From: Macrostomum lignano
Taxonomy: Eukaryota
Direction: 5' to 3'
NCBI GenBank assembly: GCA_002269645.1
Contig: NIVC01000616.1
Span: 248,001-312,000, forward strand
Length of the DNA: 64,000 nt
This document shows, in pieces, positions 61,001 through 64,000 of this stretch. The notes below the pieces were generated by a model that searched no databases, had not been told where the DNA came from, and saw only the letters and a program-made list of their open reading frames with translations. Position 1 is the first letter of the stretch. The number at the start of each line of letters is the position of its first letter. The translations under genes and the position numbers were made by a program.

Positions 61001-63683
61001 CGAAGGTGTCGATGCCCAGCAGGCAGCCCAGCCGGCCCACCACCGTCACCATGGCGAAGGAGACGCCGGCGATCCACAGCACGGAGATGAAGAAGCTGAC
61101 TAGGAAATATTTCCTGAGGGAATTTTGCACAGAGTGTAATTATCATAATACTTCTCAATCCCATCCCTCTTCCGTCCCGATTCACATGCAGATTCCCGTT
61201 GCTATCAAATTAAAATCTCATCAAAATTTCAGATACCCATCCCCATCCCAATTGCCATCCCCATCCCCATCCCAATTGCCATCCCCATCCCAATTGCCAT
61301 CTTCATCCCAATTGCCATCCCCATTCCAATTGCCATTCCCATCCCCATCCCCATCCCAATTGCTATCCCCATCCCCATCCCAATTGCCATCCCCATCCCC
61401 ATCCCCATCCCAATTGCCATCACCATCCCCATCCCCATCCCAATTGCTATCCCCATCTCCATCCCAATTGCCATCCCCATCCCCATCCCCATCCCAATTG
61501 CTATCCCCATCCCCATCCCAATTGCCATCCCCATCCCCATCCCAATTGCCATCTTCATCCCAATTGCCATCCCCATCCCAATTGCCATCCCCATCTTCAT
61601 CCCAATTGCCATCCCCATCCCCATCCAAATTGCCATCCCCATCCCCATCCCCATCCCAATTGCCATCCCCATCCCCATCCCAATTGCCATCCCCATCCCA
61701 ATTGCCATCTTCATCCCAATTGCCATCCCCATTCCAATTGCCATTCCCATCCCCATCCCCATCCCAATTGCTATCCCCATCCCCATCCCAATTGCCATCC
61801 CCATCCCCATCCCCATCCCAATTGCCATCACCATCCCCATCCCCATCCCAATTGCTATCCCCATCTCCATCCCAATTGCCATCCCCATCCCCATCCCCAT
61901 CCCAATTGCTATCCCCATCCCCATCCCAATTGCCATCCCCATCCCCATCCCAATTGCCATCTTCATCCCAATTGCCATCCCCATCCAATTGCCATCCCCA
62001 TCTTCATCCCAATTGCCATCCCCATCCCCATCCAAATTGCCATCCCCATCCCCATCCCCATCCCAATTGCCATCCCCATCCCCATCCCCATCCCCATCCC
62101 AATTGCCATCCCCATCCCCATCCCCATCCCGATTTCCATCCCCATCCCCATCCAAATTGCCATCCCCATCCCCATCCCAATTGCCATCCCCATCCCAACT
62201 GCCATCTTCATCCCAATTGCCATCCCCATCCCAATTGCCATCCCCAAATCCATCCCCATTCCCATCCCAATTACCATCCCCATCCCAATTGCCATCCCAT
62301 CCCCATCCCCATTCCCATCCCAATTGCCATCCCCATCCCCATCCCCATCCTCATCCCCATCCACATCCCCATCCAGATCCAAATCCCCACCCCCATCCTC
62401 ATCCCCATCCACGTCCTCATCCAGATCCAAATCCCCATCCCCATCCTCATCCCCATCCATATCCCCATCCACATCCACATCCCCATCTCCATCCAAATCC
62501 CCATCCTCATCCTCATCCACATCCTCATCCAGATCCAAATCCCCATCCCCGTTCTCGTCCCCATCCACAACCTCATCCAGTCCAAATCCCCATCCCCATT
62601 CTCGTCCCCATCCACATCCCCATCCAGATCCAAATCCCCATCCCCATCCTCATCCCCATCCACATCCCCATCCACATCCCCATCCACATCCAAATCCCCA
62701 TCTCCATCCAAATCCCCATCCAAATCCCCATCCCCATCCTCATCCCCATCCAAATCCCCATCCCCATCCTCATCCCCATCCACATCCCCATCCACATCCA
62801 AATCCCCATCTCCATCTAGATTCCTATCCTCATCCCCAAACAGATCCACATCCTCATCCAGATCCTCATCTCCATCCAGATCCCCAACCCCATCCCCATC
62901 CCAGACCTGCAAACTGTCCTGATCCCCACGCTGCCGCAGACTCACTTGAGATGCGGCCGGGAGCAGTCGGGGATGGTGAGGCTGTAGGCCACAATGAAAG
63001 GAAAAGCCAGCACGAAGACAATCCACTTCAGCGCGTACAGCAGCCAGTCTCCGCAGCTCATCGCGTCGGAGCGCTGCGGTGGGGCGCCGCGCATGTCGGG
63101 GCAGCAGGCGCAGCAGCAGCTCATGCGGGCCACCTCGTCTGCCTCCTCGTCCTTCGCCTCCGGCTTGTCGACTTCCACAACAACCAGGCCGGCACTCGAA
63201 CCCGCGGCCACCGACCGGTTTTCGGAGGCTTCCTGTCAGAATTTTTAATAGGCGGCCATTCCGATCTGAGCTCTGGGAACAGTTGGCTTGAGACTGTGGC
63301 GCCCAAAACACCTAATAATGGCCCATAACTGTAACCGTTTTGGCGCCCCCATCACTCGATAGTGGCGCCCCCATCACTCGATAGTGGCGCCCCTATCACC
63401 CGAGAGTGGCGCCCCTATCACCCGAGAGTGGCGCCCCCATCACCCGAGAGTGGCGCCCCTATCACCCGAGAGTAGCGCCCCTATCACCCGAGAGTGGCGC
63501 CCCTATCACCCGAGAGTGGCGCTCCTATCACCCGAGAGTGGCGCCCCTATCACCCGAGAGTGGCGCCCCTATCACTCGAGAGTGGCGCCTACCTCCTGAA
63601 TGGGGTCAATGTGGCCCAGTTGAACAGGCGGGCTGCGAGCTGCCGCGGAGTCCACTCCGTCATTCGTGCCGGCCATTGGGTGC
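58028..63683 (-). CDS. SLC24A: K+-dependent Na+/Ca2+ exchanger (NCKX/SLC24), 3' exons: 63593-63683, 62946-63232, 60960-61113, 60575-60745, 58028-58234; 5' part outside window
   Basis: LTIPDCS...KYFLVSFFISVLWIA...[50 protein letters not shown] (alpha-2 repeat); all four introns GT-AG with matching phases. Confidence 0.95.
58255..60560. repeat. Complex intronic tandem repeat (ACAGCTCAAGTACACAGGCATTAGACACAGCTCTTGTACACAGACACTGCAA)
   Basis: Fills the last NCKX intron. Confidence 0.95.
61225..62905. repeat. (CCCAT/CCATCC)n-derived intronic low-complexity repeat
   Basis: Directly visible; source of the PSPS and GDGD ORFs. Confidence 0.95.
63345..63590. repeat. 21-bp intronic repeat (GAGAGTGGCGCCCCTATCACCC-type)
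   Basis: Directly visible, abutting an NCKX donor site. Confidence 0.9.
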
Positions 63684-63829
63684 CTGTATCGAAAATTAGA
63701 ATATAGGGCGGAAAGTTTAATTGACACACCAACTGATTTTAGTTAAACACCAGGTGCTGTTCATATCATTTTTAGTTAACACATTAATTAATTAATTAAC
63801 ATTTTCCCACATCTTCATCCTCATCTCTG

Positions 63830-63985
63830 GGAGGCTGTAGCCCAGTGGTCAGAGCGTCGGACTCACGACTTGAAGGTCGGGGGTTCGATTCCCGATTCCC
63901 GATTTCGACAGCCGTACGCAGCCTTCAGATGCGCCGCGCAATAGCTGCGGCTGAGCTGTCGGTTGCACATCTGGCCCAATTGGGA
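63830..63985 (+). mobile_element. Internally deleted copy of the tRNA/CORE SINE (head joined to tail)
   Basis: GGCTGTAGCCCAGTGGTCAGAGC...GGTTCGATTCC followed directly by CAGCCGTACGCAGCCTTCAGATGCGCCGCGCAATAGC, the tail of the 11474 copy. Confidence 0.8.
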
Positions 63986-64000
63986 CATGTTTAATCAATT

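Noticed and set aside
60964-63328. Long PSPS/GDGD/HPHP ORFs (652, 364, 346, 334 aa)
   Set aside because: Translations of an intronic CCCAT repeat inside the NCKX gene.
63830-63900. tRNA gene (also 11680-11754 and 18420-18488)
   Set aside because: A and B boxes are present but the anticodon and acceptor stems pair poorly, and the sequence runs into a shared SINE body.

Overview
Eukaryotic (metazoan) genomic DNA with GC-rich exons and introns or intergenic stretches packed with mini- and microsatellites. Gene content and style suggest a flatworm such as Macrostomum; this is an inference. 1-21 kb: five co-oriented + strand genes, namely ELAC1/RNase Z, YPEL5, TRMT13, a C8orf76 homologue and an unknown gene with an in-frame TGA. 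ELAC1 and C8orf76 have no credible genomic ATG, yet their frames open exactly at in-frame AG acceptors. This is what would be expected if a flatworm spliced leader (which ends in AUG) supplies the start codon in a trans-spliced operon. The TRMT13 exon carries about 230 extra codons built from a palindromic RFX X-box-like repeat. 21-31 kb: a 6.3-kb 29-bp satellite, a frameshifted fibrinogen-domain gene, and nested DNA transposons with readable 6-bp and 9-bp TSDs. 32-50 kb: an immune-flavoured block with an intronless HEPN-like/TPR/SEL1/MYND gene, a secreted WSC-PAN gene, a Penelope fragment, and a cGAS-like Mab-21 gene directly downstream of a TM-ankyrin gene. Two 2.2-kb solo-LTR-like elements sit in opposite orientation, each with its own 4-bp TSD. 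55-64 kb: a homogeneous 29-bp satellite and the 3' exons of an NCKX/SLC24 exchanger. Exon boundaries were read by eye and checked for phase; no database searches were run.
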